A stretch of 64,000 nt of DNA from Octopus sinensis (taxonomy: Eukaryota), in assembly GCF_006345805.1 (NCBI RefSeq), contig NC_043010.1, positions 40,424,001 to 40,488,000 of the forward strand, written 5' to 3'. The notes under the pieces were generated by a model. That model did not search any database and was not told where the DNA came from. It was given only the letters and a program-made list of their open reading frames with translations. Shown in pieces: positions 37,552 to 49,700 of this stretch. The position numbers and the translations under genes are program-made. Every line of letters starts with the position of its first letter. The first letter of the stretch is position 1.

Positions 37552-37938
37552 ATTTTGTTGAATTTTCTGCTGCTTTAAATAAAGCATATTACTCTACCAC
37601 TGGTATTTGAGTACTCGTTTTTCTACCTTGTTTCACATTTATGTGTTTACTCCGGTATATATATATATATATATATATTAGGTCGTCAATTTGTAGTAAG
37701 GTATAGGGTAAACTTTGACAATCTTTATTTTTTGTTAGAAAGCTGACACATCTGTTTCTTTATTCTAAGTTATTTTGCGCTTTATAAAGTATTTATAAAT
37801 CGTTTTTGCTATTTTTGTATAAAGACTGATAAGTCGGATATTCGTACAGTGTTTTGAAATGTGAGTTCCTTCTTGCAAATACAGCATCACAGACAGGTCG
37901 GAATATTAATGTAGTATTTCATTCTAATGTTATTGCAG

Positions 37939-37978
37939 ATCAGGCAGTATCAAAATTGGTTTGCAAAATTTTGTTCTG
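37939..37978 (+). CDS. Candidate internal exon 3 (40 nt, phase 0-1): IRQYQNWFAKFCS
   Basis: Branch-like ctaat, acceptor gttattgcag, donor CTG|GTAACT; length restores phase to exon 4. Confidence 0.45.
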
Positions 37979-38293
37979 GTAACTTTGACCTCACAAATAA
38001 GCAACGCCGTTGACTAGAAGCAATGGCGAATAATGAAGAACTGAAAGGCACCGACGAGTCAGATCCATCTCAAGGAGTCCGTGAATTATCGCAATATATA
38101 TACATACCTATATATATGTGTATATATATATATATATGCATACACGCACGCACACGTACAAACACGCAGGCGCACACACACATATACACACATAGATTTG
38201 TTACAGGGAAACAGCTGCCGCGATAAAAGATATCACATGATTCAATGATTCACGGATCAAATTTAAGATGAATACACACACACACACACACAC

Positions 38294-38367
<74 letters not shown>

Positions 38368-38835
38368 AGTATGTATGCATGTATTTATTTTTGTATGTAT
38401 ATACATGTACAAATAGAATATGAATGTATGCACACTACACCCATGTACATAACATACACACGCGCATACGTACAAATATGCAATATGTGTAAAGTAATAT
38501 GCGGACTGGTGTTGAGGAACGTAAAATATATTAAACAATAAATCTCTAATATTCAAACAGAGACGAATGTGTTGTAATACATATGTGCGTATGTATGCAT
38601 ATACATATACATGAGTGTACGCGCTCGTGTATGCGTGTGTTTATGTATTTATGTATACGTGTCTATTGGTGTATCACAACCGAAAGGAGAGCACTTGATT
38701 CCACAAGCATACGAATCCGTCCTCGATCTTCCAGTGTAACATCTTGGGTGTGTGCCAATTCACTTAGCCTTGCTTCGACCATCTCTTAGCAGGGAAATTG
38801 GATAGACGTAATGTGTCTTCCAATATACCTATCTA

Positions 38836-38872
<37 letters not shown>

Positions 38873-38892
38873 TGTACGTTAAAACACACGAA

Positions 38893-39301
38893 AGGTGACC
38901 ATCATAGGACACCTAGTATGCAAGAAGTAGTAGCCAAAATCCAAACCACTGTTAGGGATAAATTTTGAAGGGAATGAAAAATAAAAAAATAAATACATTT
39001 ACCATCTATTTCCTAGACCATCGTTTCCAGCTCTAAATTAGCAAATAAAGTAATTTGCTAGGCCGACCTCTCTTCAGCAGGGACGCCTAGATTAGCATAT
39101 AAATACGTAGCAATAGAGTTTATGCCTCGTGCTTATATATTATAATTTTTCAAATCCACCGGGCAAGCGCAGTTTTTTTGCCGGCAGCAAATGAAAATAA
39201 TGCCGAATGTTTTTATTTTTCGTTCCCTTCGAAATTTATTCCTAACAGTGGTTTGGATTTTGGCTACTCCTAGCGTGCTAGGTGTCCTATAATAGTCACC
39301 T
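38893..39301. mobile_element. MITE with about 100-bp imperfect TIRs
   Basis: aggtgaccatcataggacacctag...agccaaaatccaaaccactgttagggataaattttgaagggaa versus the reverse complement of ttcccttcgaaatttattcctaacagtggtttggattttggct...ggtgtcctataatagtcacct. Confidence 0.75.
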
Positions 39302-39442
39302 CTTATGTATTTTAAATGTGCACTGTATTTATATGAATAATATATAGTCTATTGACTAGTTTTCTACATGCTAGGCCACTAGTAGTAAAAAAATTTCTAA
39401 AATTTTTCCTACCCTGTGATTTATAATATACATATACTAGGC

Positions 39443-39548
39443 TTCCAAAGAATAAGTCCTGGGGTCGATTTGCTCCACTAATGGCGGTGCTCCAGCATGG
39501 CCGCAGTCAAATGACTGAAACAATTAAAAGAGTAAGAGAAAAGAGTAA
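39443..39548 (+). mobile_element. CORE-like SINE 3' tail fragment
   Basis: aataagtcctggggtcgatttgc...gactgaaacaattaaaagagtaag. Confidence 0.75.
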
Positions 39549-39709
39549 ATACATATACATATACGTAGTTAAAAAGGACCATACATATACATATACATAG
39601 ATAAATAGGACCACTCCGTCGGTTAAGACGACGTGGGTCCCAGCTGATACGCTCAATGGAATAGCTTGCTTGTGAAAAAAGCGTGCAAAACAGACAGACC
39701 GATAGTTAC

Positions 39710-39769
<60 letters not shown>

Positions 39770-39814
39770 GCAGAGAGAGAGAGAGAGAGAGATAAAATAC
39801 AGACAAGTAGGTGA

Positions 39815-39867
<53 letters not shown>

Positions 39868-40323
39868 CAGAGAGAGAGAGAGAAAGAGAGAGATACACAT
39901 ACGCACATGTTTATACACGCATTTACACACATTAATGTCCAGAAGTTCATGCACGTATGAAAATATGTGTGTCTATATGCACGCATCTGCTCATGTATAT
40001 AATAGTGGTTATATTATTCAAAAAAAAAAAAGTGGGGTTTTACAAGAAAACAACAATGTCAATTAAACTAAAGCATTAAAGAAAGAGACCAGTGAAGCAT
40101 CAGAGAGATTTATAACATGGTATAACGAATCGATATCAGAATATCGTATGTTGGAATATCTGGGAAGTCTTTGAATAATGTAAAGAACCCTTTATTGATT
40201 ATCTTTGAAATGCAATACTTTCTGCGTGGTTAAAAAACTTATAAAATTATTTTTTTCCCTATATTCTGTGTAATATTTTCTTTAACGCAACAGTTAAGAT
40301 GTGAATATGATATTCTTTTCAAC

Positions 40324-40908
40324 ACTAGGCCCAAGGCCCGCAATTTTGAGGGAGGGGGCAGTCAATTAGATCGACCACAGTACGCAACTAGTACTTATTT
40401 AATCGACCCCGAACTCGACGGAATTTGAACTCAGAACTTAAGGACACACGAAATATCGCTAAGCATTTCACCCGGCGTGCTAACGATTCTTATTTCTTTA
40501 TTGCCCACAAGGGGCTAAACATAGGAGGGACAAACAAGGACAGACAAACGAATTAAGTCGATTACATCGACCCCAGTGCCTAACTGGTACTTAATTTATC
40601 GACACCGAAATCATGAAAGGCAAAATCGATCTCGGCGGAATTTGAACTCAGAATGTAACGGCAGACGAAATACCTATTTCTTTACTGCCCACAAGGGGCT
40701 ACACACAGAGGGGAGAAACAAGGACAAACACACGGATTAAGTCGATTACATCGACCCTAGTACGTAACTGGTACTTAATTTATCGACCCCGAAAGGATGA
40801 AAGGCAAAGTCGACCTCGGCAGAATTTGAACTCACAACGTAACAGCAGACGAAATATCGCTCAGCATTTCGCCCGGCGTGCGATCGATTCTGCCAGCTTG
40901 CCGCCTTA
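40324..40908 (-). mobile_element. Meta-like SINE trimer
   Basis: Junctions aaagaaata|ggtatttcgtc (40674/5) and aaagaaata|agaatcgttagc (40490/1). Confidence 0.88.
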
Positions 40909-41060
40909 GGGATGTATAAGTGATATTACAGTCATTATGTCTCGGTGTCATTTAAAGGGGCTACTTTTCCTTCTTTGCTACCTTCTACGTTCCTGATCGG
41001 AAAATGTAACCTCCGCTGCTGCTTTGCCTGAAAGCGAACTTGTCTTTAATTCTTCTGCAG

Positions 41061-41118
41061 TTGATGAAATAAAATATTTACTGGTTAATTTTGATGATCC
41101 AGGAGGAAGTAATTTGAG
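41061..41118 (+). CDS. Candidate internal exon 4 (58 nt, phase 1-2): (V)DEIKYLLVNFDDPGGSNL(R)
   Basis: Acceptor ctttaattcttctgcag, donor GAG|GTAAAT; only one open frame. Confidence 0.55.
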
Positions 41119-41549
41119 GTAAATATTTCATATTTTCTTCATGTGATCTGTTAGAAATTCATTTTTTGTTTCGTTCATGTAAATATATTGTCATAGCTTC
41201 TACTTCTCGTTGTGTCAGTTAATAATCTTGGGATTCAATAGCTTGCTTAGAAAATCTAGAACTTTATTTGGTTTCATGTCTGACTATCAACTACTACTAC
41301 TACTCTATACACACAAACGCACGCCCACACATGTATCTGCATATGTACATACATACACATATACGTACGTGTGCATCTGTGAGAGAGATAGAGTAACCGT
41401 GTATATATTTGTATATATATGAAGAAATATTCATACCTACATTTATGTATACGAATACACAGACATTTGTGAGCGTATGTATGTATATGTATGTTTATAT
41501 ATATTTATATGTTGTGTACATACACACACATACGTATATATATGTATAC

Positions 41550-41581
<32 letters not shown>

Positions 41582-41884
41582 GTCCGCCCATATGTTTCCT
41601 GCTATTGTTTCGCGAGTGGCAGCTGGTCCTGTTTATATATCGAATTGTCGAAGTAATTAGAAGCCTACATTTCACCATGTTCATCTCGAATTACTTGTAT
41701 CTGCACATTTTATTCTGCTGCATAAGATTCATCTCTCACCATTCAATTACTTCTGTGTAATATTATCGACCACGAATGACAACACTACTTCCAAATGAAT
41801 CATATATTTAGATAAACCATGACAAAACTAAATAGCACATAGGAATTTGTTTCGTTTTACTTTCTCTGCTGTCCCTTTGCCTAG

Positions 41885-41972
41885 AGCTGCTTTTCCACGT
41901 CTTTTTACTTCTCCAGTAGTCTCGAAATGTATTCAGTGCCTCAGGGAATATCTCCATAAGTTCCAATATAAT
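41885..41972 (+). CDS. Candidate internal exon 5 (88 nt, phase 2-0): AAFPRLFTSPVVSKCIQCLREYLHKFQYN
   Basis: Long polypyrimidine tract ending tttgcctag, donor AAT|GTAAGA; the only open frame matches the phase left by exon 4. Confidence 0.55.
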
Positions 41973-42292
41973 GTAAGATTTCGCTTAGCCACAAGGATGC
42001 TATTAACCAGTTGTTGGAAGTCAGTATACATATGCTTCAGAATAAAGCGTTAGGCAAGTACAGTGAGTAATATTAATTATTGGAATGGTTTAGAAACTGG
42101 AATTACACAATCAAATAAATGGACGTTAAATGTTGACAATGATAATGGATTGAAACAAAAATGGTGTATATTTCAACAGAAATAGGGTAACAAAAGAGTT
42201 TTGTGTTTTTATGTCAGTAGGGTGTGATTTGAGGGAAAGCTGGTTTCTATTTGTATCAGGTCAACTGTTTCTGAGGCACCTGAATATATCAT

Positions 42293-42602
42293 TTTTTTAT
42301 GCACCCTTTTCAAGCCTAGCCAGGCTCATGGGTCCGGTTTCCCGGTTTGTGTGGTTTATGTGTTTCCCCCACATGGACGGGACGCCAGTCTATCGCAGCA
42401 TTACCCAGAAACAGGAAGAAAGAGTGAGAAAAAGTTGGGGCGAAAGAGTACAACAGGGGTCGTCACCACTCCCTCCCGGGGCCTGGTGGAGCTTTTAGGT
42501 GTTTTCGCTCAATAAACACACACAACGCCCGGTCTGGGAGTCGAAACCGCGATCCACCGACCGCGAGTTCGCTGTCCTAATCACTAGGCCATTGCCCCTG
42601 CA
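42293..42602 (-). mobile_element. tRNA-derived SINE with 13-bp TSD
   Basis: TSD ctgaatatatcat at 42280-42292 and 42603-42615. Head as at 1660/34059; tail as at 511. Confidence 0.9.
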
Positions 42603-43899
42603 CTGAATATATCATGCGTAACAAAAAGTGTTCGAACACTAAATCTCGTTACAATTCTTTATGAAGAATTTCTTTCCCCGCATAATGTAGCTCTCCTGTC
42701 TGTAGATGCTAGAATTTCTCTAGTTTAAGGAATATGTCACGGGTGTATAAACTTCATTGATTTAGACTAAAAACCAGCAATTTAAAAGCTTGGACAATAG
42801 TGTGTAAAATCAACCTAATTGCTAGATATATAATATATTTTATCCACCCCGAAAGTATGAAGGCAAAGTTTACCTCAGCAGAATTTGAACTCAGAACGCA
42901 GGAACTAGAAACATTGCGCCTCCGATAAATTATCTACCATTTCTTATTTCCCGCCGGTAAGCTTTTGAAGTTTTTAACCCTCCACTAGCGAAATCTAATG
43001 TATAATTGTAGTTGGTTCCATTATTACTGCGTTTGTTATTTATGTACTTGAAGTGTATGAAACTCTATGTTAACGTTGTTAATATTTGAAGACTGACATA
43101 GAGGTGGGGAATTACTATTCAATTTCTGACACATTACTGATAATTTTTAAAATAGACATTTCTTTCCCGGTAACAAAGGCATACATATCGCTCAAGGTAA
43201 AGTGTTGCTAAGGTTCATGGCTGTTATATTCGATTACATCTGCTCCCAGCACTCGACTAGTGATCGTTTTATTCATCTATTCATCGCCTAAAAAGGAAGT
43301 GTGTGTTGGTGGTGTTGGCTGAATATGATGTCAGAAAGAGCAAAATATGGAACTGAAGTACCCAAAACAACTCGTCAATCATCCTACTGTTTTAGCCAAT
43401 TCTGTTCACTATTTTAACAACAATATCTAGAATAGGAAGTATAGGAGAAGTAAGATGGAGTAGGAAGTCGCAAAATAAAAGGTTAAGAAATAGAAAAAAA
43501 AAATCAAACTAATAAACTATATTTCGTATTCCCATGATGGAATTAATTACAGTTAGCAAATTGAATTTCTTAATTTAAAAATATGTAATTTAGCAACAAC
43601 CCAACAATAAATACACACTGAGGTTGCAATTTTTGAAGAAGAAAGGTGAAAAAATAGAATAGAAGAATCAAAATCAAATTTATTTTTTAAAAAGCCGAAT
43701 TAAAATTTTCTTTACAAAACTAATTTCATTTAAATTTTCTATTTTATTGGATTGCAGCTTTAGACCAGAATCGGAAATTGTTTGCAGTGTAAAGATATGT
43801 TAATTACTAACATAAACAGTTTGGGGTTGAATTGTCAGCTACGTATCGATTCGTATGTGCGTATATATTTACATGCGTGTGTGTGCGTGTACACATACA

Positions 43900-43953
<54 letters not shown>

Positions 43954-44020
43954 TAACATATATATATATACATATAATATATATATATACATATATATAT
44001 ACATATATATACATATAATA

Positions 44021-44084
<64 letters not shown>

Positions 44085-44089
44085 TATAT

Positions 44090-44230
44090 CGTGGCACTTC
44101 GTCGGTTACGACGACGAGGGTACCAGTTGTTCCGATTAACGAAACAGCCTGCTCGTGAAATTGACGTGCAAAAGACTGAGCAAAACTGTCCGACGACGGG
44201 AACGTGAGGCTCTGAGCAACAGTTTTTGTG
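44090..44230 (-). mobile_element. Isolated 3' tail segment shared with the 34059/45942 SINEs (probable partner-LINE 3' end)
   Basis: cgtcggttacgacgacgaggg...cagcctgctcgtgaaattgacgtg; a similar piece lies at about 39609-39690. Confidence 0.55.
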
Positions 44231-44271
44231 ATGTTTTCGCTGCTTTTTAATAAAGTGTATATATATATGTG

Positions 44272-44675
44272 TGTATGTATGTGGTAAGTAGAGTGCTTAC
44301 CAACCACATGGTTCCGAGTTCAGTCCCGCTGAGTGGCACCTTGGGCAAGTGTCTTCTACTATAGCCTCGGGCCGACCAAAGCTTTGTGAGTGGATTTGGT
44401 ACACGGAAAATGAAAGAAGCCCGTCGTATATATGTATATATATATATGTATGTGTGTGTATATGTTATATATGTGTCTTTGTCCTCGCCCCCAACATCGC
44501 TTGACAACCGTTGCTGGTGTGTTTAGGTCCCAGTAACTTAGTGGTTCGGCAAAAGAGCCCGATAGAATAAGAACTAGGCATACAAAGAATAGGTCCTGGG
44601 GTCGATTTGATTCGACTAAAAGGAGGTGCTCCAGCATGGCCGCAGTCAAGTGACTGAAACAAGTAAAAGAAAGAA
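44272..44675 (+). mobile_element. CORE-like SINE
   Basis: gtggtaagtag...accaaccacatggttccgagttcagtccc...ggcaccttgggcaagtgtcttc...gactgaaacaagtaaaag. Confidence 0.88.
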
Positions 44676-44676
44676 T

Positions 44677-44730
<54 letters not shown>

Positions 44731-44939
44731 TATTCATATATAGTATATGCACTCTTCGGACGATGAATGTATCTTTACACTCGCACGAGATTTTCCAACA
44801 TACCTTTTATTCTCAAACACTTTTGTTTTGTTTGCAATTGGTCGTTCATTCTCTGTAATACTGAGTTGAAACGTTGTACATTGTAGGATGGTTTGTTATG
44901 GCTGTGTAGTTTTGAGTGTTAGTGGTTAATATAAATTTG

Positions 44940-45860
44940 GTTGATAGGAAGTTTTTTTTTCTTTTTTTTTTCACTGGATCAAGAGTCTAGTATTGACACT
45001 GGTTTCGTAAGCTTCCCATTGCACTTCACTGCATCTCCTGCTGTGTCTCCATTAATATTTTGTCAACAAATATTTTATTTCTTTCTTTCTGTAATGGTCC
45101 TTCCCTTGGACACCCAGGATTTGTCAGATGCTGTGTTCGTTCCCTTGACCAATCTTTTCCATGCTGATTCCTTCCCTGCTCATATCCTTCCATAGAATCA
45201 TTATATTTCTTTCTTCCTGTTCCTGTATAATTAACGTTTACACAGTTCTTCATAAAATGGTTGTGTATTATAATAGAAATAGTTGTTTTCTTCAATCTAC
45301 CGTTGGCATTTTTCGTGCTAACGAATTCTTTACAATTCAGCAAGATTCTCTGTCTTGTATTTTATTTCAGATTCAACCTTTTTTTTTTTTCATTTTTGTT
45401 ATATTATGCTTCGTTAGTATTTCTTTCCTTTTCTTTCAGTTGTGTTGATTTCTTATCGATTTAACTGGGAATCCAGAGATCCTTTCTGATATTTTGTATA
45501 TTTTCCTTAATATCTGTTGTCCAGTCTTCAGTATTGATACTCATATATCAGTGCACCAGAACGACTCCCTAAATTTCCTTTGTAACCAAAGACGCTACTG
45601 TATATAATACTTCGTCCAACCTGATAACGTTAATGATTGTGTCTGTTGTAAGACATTGATTGCCAAGCATTTTTTTCTTACTGCTGTTGCTTATTTTATT
45701 GTTGAACGTTGTCCTTGTTTTATAGGTAAATCCATTGCTTTCAATTTTTCATTTAAAACTAACTTTTAGAAAGTCAAGGCCATAAATTACTCCTTTAGAA
45801 TTTCCTGTTCCTATATCTCTTTCATATTCCCTTGCGTTTATATTTGCGTTTGCGCTCCCC
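44940..45860 (-). mobile_element. Possible decayed LINE ORF1-like remnant
   Basis: Strongly A-rich minus strand. Fragment NSKGVIYGLDF resembles the KGVI.G motif of non-LTR ORF1 proteins. Many stops. Confidence 0.25.
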
Positions 45861-45941
45861 TGGTTTATTTGAAGAATTAGCATGCATTATGTAGTTGTAG
45901 AATGTTGAAATGTTGTATTTATTCTCAGTGTACATTTTTCA

Positions 45942-46330
45942 GTGGAGGCGCAATGGCCCAGTGGTTAGGGCAGCGGACTCACGGTCATAGGATCGCGGTT
46001 TCGATTCCCAGACCGGGCGTTGTGAGTGTTTATTGTGCGAAAACACCTAACGGCTCCACGAGGCTCCGGCAGGGGATGGTGGTGATCCCTGCTGTACTCT
46101 TTCACCACAACTTTCTCTCAATCTTACTTCCTGTTTCTGTTGTACCTGTATTTTAAAGGGCCGGCCTTGTCACTCTCTCTGTCACGCTGAATATCCCCGA
46201 GAACTACGTTAAGGGTGCACGTGTCTGTGGAGTGCTCAGCCACTTACACGTTAATTTCACGAGCAGGCTGTTCCGTTGATTCGGATCAACCGGAACCCTC
46301 ATCGTCGTAACCGACGGAGTGCTTCCATCC
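45942..46330 (+). mobile_element. tRNA-derived SINE with 10-bp TSD
   Basis: TSD acatttttca at 45932-45941 and 46331-46340. Confidence 0.92.
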
Positions 46331-47303
46331 ACATTTTTCATTGTTTTAAGATTGACTATTTTTTATTTTGTCATTGCACCTTATGTTCGTGTAACTTCCT
46401 TGCTTCAGTTTCTATAATCGCTAACATTCGATATAACGAGTCCTTTTTTTTCTTTAATTCTTTCTTTATACTTGTACATTATATAATCCTTAATCGTAAT
46501 GTCAGTAGCCATCCCCTAGTTTATGAAAAAAATATACAAACATCTTTGAATAAAACTGTACGCTCCACAGTCCCAAAGACACAGTGTTTGGCTGTTCTGC
46601 ACATGCTCACATGTCCCAAGATAGCAAGCTTCACACAAATGAGAGAGAGAGCACTACGTGAACCACAGTGCTGGGTGAAAGGTAATGTTTCTTTTTGACT
46701 CCGCGTGTGTTGTGCTTAAAAGCGTGTTTATATTCTTGAATGTGATAAAGTGTAGAATTAGATTATTATCCTGCTTCTAGCTTCAGTGTTGCTGCCAGGA
46801 TTTGAAAAATAGGGTAGATTTCCCCCTTCATTTGGTGATTTAGTGGGGATGTTTGAAATACAAAGGGGGAATTCACGGCGTTGTTCGGTGAAAAAATTAA
46901 AAACACACTACCCGGCAGTGGCTAAAACGCGAACCGATCAAGTTTATGTATGAATTTTCTTTTTATATGTTTCTTTGTTTTACACAATATTAAAACAACG
47001 GATAAAAAATTCTCTGAAGCAGCATCCCTACATTTCACTAAATTTTGTACAACTTTTTCAACCTTTCACGCTTATTCGTTCATTCCACTCTTCTTACCCC
47101 CCCCCCACACACACACACCTCTCACATTACTTTGCCTTTTTTACTCACTTCTCACTTCTTTTTGCGTCAGACTGTGGTCACTGCCACATCGATTTTCTTC
47201 CCTGTGTTTGTGAAAGTTTTGTATCTCTGCCGCAAGGCTTCATTTCCACACACGCCAGCGAATTCAATTCGTCTCCAGTCGAAAGACACATGTTGTTATG
47301 TCC

Positions 47304-47363
<60 letters not shown>

Positions 47364-47639
47364 TATTACTATATTATTATTATTATCATTATTATTATTA
47401 TTATTATTTTATTGTATTTTGTATTTATATTCCGTCCTTGTTTTCGTATACATTCCATGCTTTCTTCCAAGGAATCTAATGGTCTTAGCTTAGTTTTTCC
47501 TTGGGGCTGGTCAGATTAGAGCAATCCCAAGATTAATCAGCCGAAATTGCGAGGATGTATCGTGTCTGTCTGGATGTTTTGTTGTCCCATTTCGTATCAC
47601 CTAGTTGTCCGGATATTTTGCGTTCTTGTCTCATTTTGT

Positions 47640-47834
47640 ATTGTATATATATACTATATATTTTTTACTATATATATATGTATATATATATGTATATATA
47701 TATATTATATATATATATATATGTATGTATATGTATGTATATTATATATATGTATATATATGTATATGTATATATATATGTATATATGTATATGTATGTA
47801 TATATATATGTATATATATGTATATATATATATC

Positions 47835-47906
<72 letters not shown>

Positions 47907-48090
47907 CTTTATATATATATATATTATATATATATGTATATATATATATCTTTATTATATATATATATAATATATGATATATATATATATATCTTTATAT
48001 ATATATATATCTATATATATGTATATATATGTATATATATATATCTTTATATATATATATATATATTATATATATATATGTATATGTATA
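47640..48090. repeat. Long interrupted (TA)n/(TATG)n array
   Basis: Read directly. Similar arrays at about 3720-3930, 43900-44090, 52970-53290 and 54200-54490. Confidence 0.9.
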
Positions 48091-49035
48091 TAGCCACTAC
48101 ACACAATTCTTTCTCTCCTTGATTCTCTCCTTGTTTCTGTGTTCCTTTCTGTTGAAGAGCGTAGGCTCGAAGGGCAAAAGACATTTTCAATTCCCGAGCG
48201 TTATACTAATACATATGTCTGTTTTCTACATCATCTGTCTTCGTCTTTTGTTTTTTTTCGTGAATTTTCACTATATATTTATACACATACACACACACAC
48301 ACACCCACATCTATATATATATATATATATACACACATACATACAGAGACAGAGAAAGAGCAATCCGATTTTAGAGTAATAATTTTGAATTTTAATGACA
48401 TTATGTAACAGATGTAATTTTCCGCATTATAATGCCCTTTATTTGCCAGGATCACAAGCAGAAAATATGCAAATGCCAATCCAGCCCAAAATATGGATAC
48501 AGTAATATAATGCTACTATATTTTTTCGTTATTGCTACAACATGCTTTTACTTTTGTTTACAATAAACACTCCTTCAAATTCTTTATGATGTAAATATAT
48601 TACTCCTACAATATATATATATTGGATTGCAAAATGTGAATAAATATATTGCTATGAATTTCATCCGATTGTTATATGAGTTTGCTTAATACATAAATAT
48701 TCTATAAATGTACAATAAATAGATACAAAGAAAATCTTCCTGCTATATGTAATTTGATATTAAATGGGAAGATGTAAAATACAACATAATGTATATGGCA
48801 TTTTCCCTCGACCACGCACCCTCTAACAAGGAGCAAAGCCTTGATTCAATGCTAATACTGATCCTGGTAAACAATTGCAGTTGTAGCAAACTGGCAGTCA
48901 TGGGCTTTGGCGGATATGAATTTAGCAACTTAGGTTAATCGGAAATTTTATATTATTGGCAGCTCATTGTCATTGTCTGTAAACAGGAACTACATAATAT
49001 ATATATATATATATATATATCTATATATATATATA

Positions 49036-49328
49036 TCTTTATATATAAAAGTCAAGTTGTGTGTCTGTCTCCTACGATTTAGATTCCTAACTACTCCCAC
49101 ATTTTGCGGTGCAGTTTAACCAAAACCGGGTATCTTATAGTCGGGATTCATATCGAGCCCTTCGGGTATTAGCGCGCATCTACGATGAGTCTACGATTAA
49201 AAAAAAAATTTACCATCATTTTAATTCATTTTAATGCATTTTTTTGCTATTTTTTGGCTATAACTCTCTAAAAATACTTATATAGTTATTTCCCTTACAA
49301 ACCCGAGCAACACCGGGCGATACTGCTA

Positions 49329-49329
<1 letters not shown>
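49036..49329 (+). mobile_element. Non-autonomous Helitron
   Basis: A|TC...aaacccgagcaacaccgggcgatactgCTAG|T; 3' end nearly identical to that of 11171-11568. Confidence 0.78.
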
Positions 49330-49384
<55 letters not shown>

Positions 49385-49389
49385 TATAT

Positions 49390-49683
49390 TTGTTGTTGTT
49401 TGTTCCTTCTCAAGGCATGCCTGACTCATAAGGGCCGGTTTCCTTGGCGTATAGGTTCCCCTCCTGGACGGGAGGCCAGTCCACCGCAGATGAGCTGCAA
49501 GATGCAGGAGGAAAGAGTGAGAGAAAGTTGTGGCAAATGAGTCAGCAGAAGTTCGACATTGCCCCCTGCCGGAGCCGCGTAGAGCTTAGGTGTTTCGCTC
49601 ATATACACATACATCACCATATCTGAGATTCTAACCCGCTATCCCTCGACCGCGATCCGCCGCTCTAACCACTAGGCCATGTG
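49390..49683 (-). mobile_element. tRNA-derived SINE (31520-type tail)
   Basis: Reverse complement catggcctagtggttagagcggcgg...cccgtccaggagggg...aaggaacaaacaacaac. Confidence 0.85.
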
Positions 49684-49700
49684 TGTGTTTATAAGCGAAA

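Larger units (their letters stand above)
37432..37657. mobile_element. Fold-back element (perfect 67-bp arms 37437-37503 and 37509-37575, loop GCTAG) with about 80-bp extra right flank, between (TA)n tracts; Penelope-like pLTR inversion
   Basis: Arms verified base by base (paired coordinates sum to 75012). Hammerhead motif in each arm. Confidence 0.8.

Noticed and set aside
38023-38226. ORF MANNEELKGTDESDPSQGV as a first coding exon
   Set aside because: Weak donor, runs into a microsatellite, and lies within the intron of the better-supported exon chain.
38714-38786. Minus-strand exon candidate (MVEARLSELAHTQDVTLEDRGRI), and similar isolated minus-strand candidates near 12940 and 28830
   Set aside because: They could not be linked into a phase-consistent chain and have no recognisable domain, so they are left unsupported.
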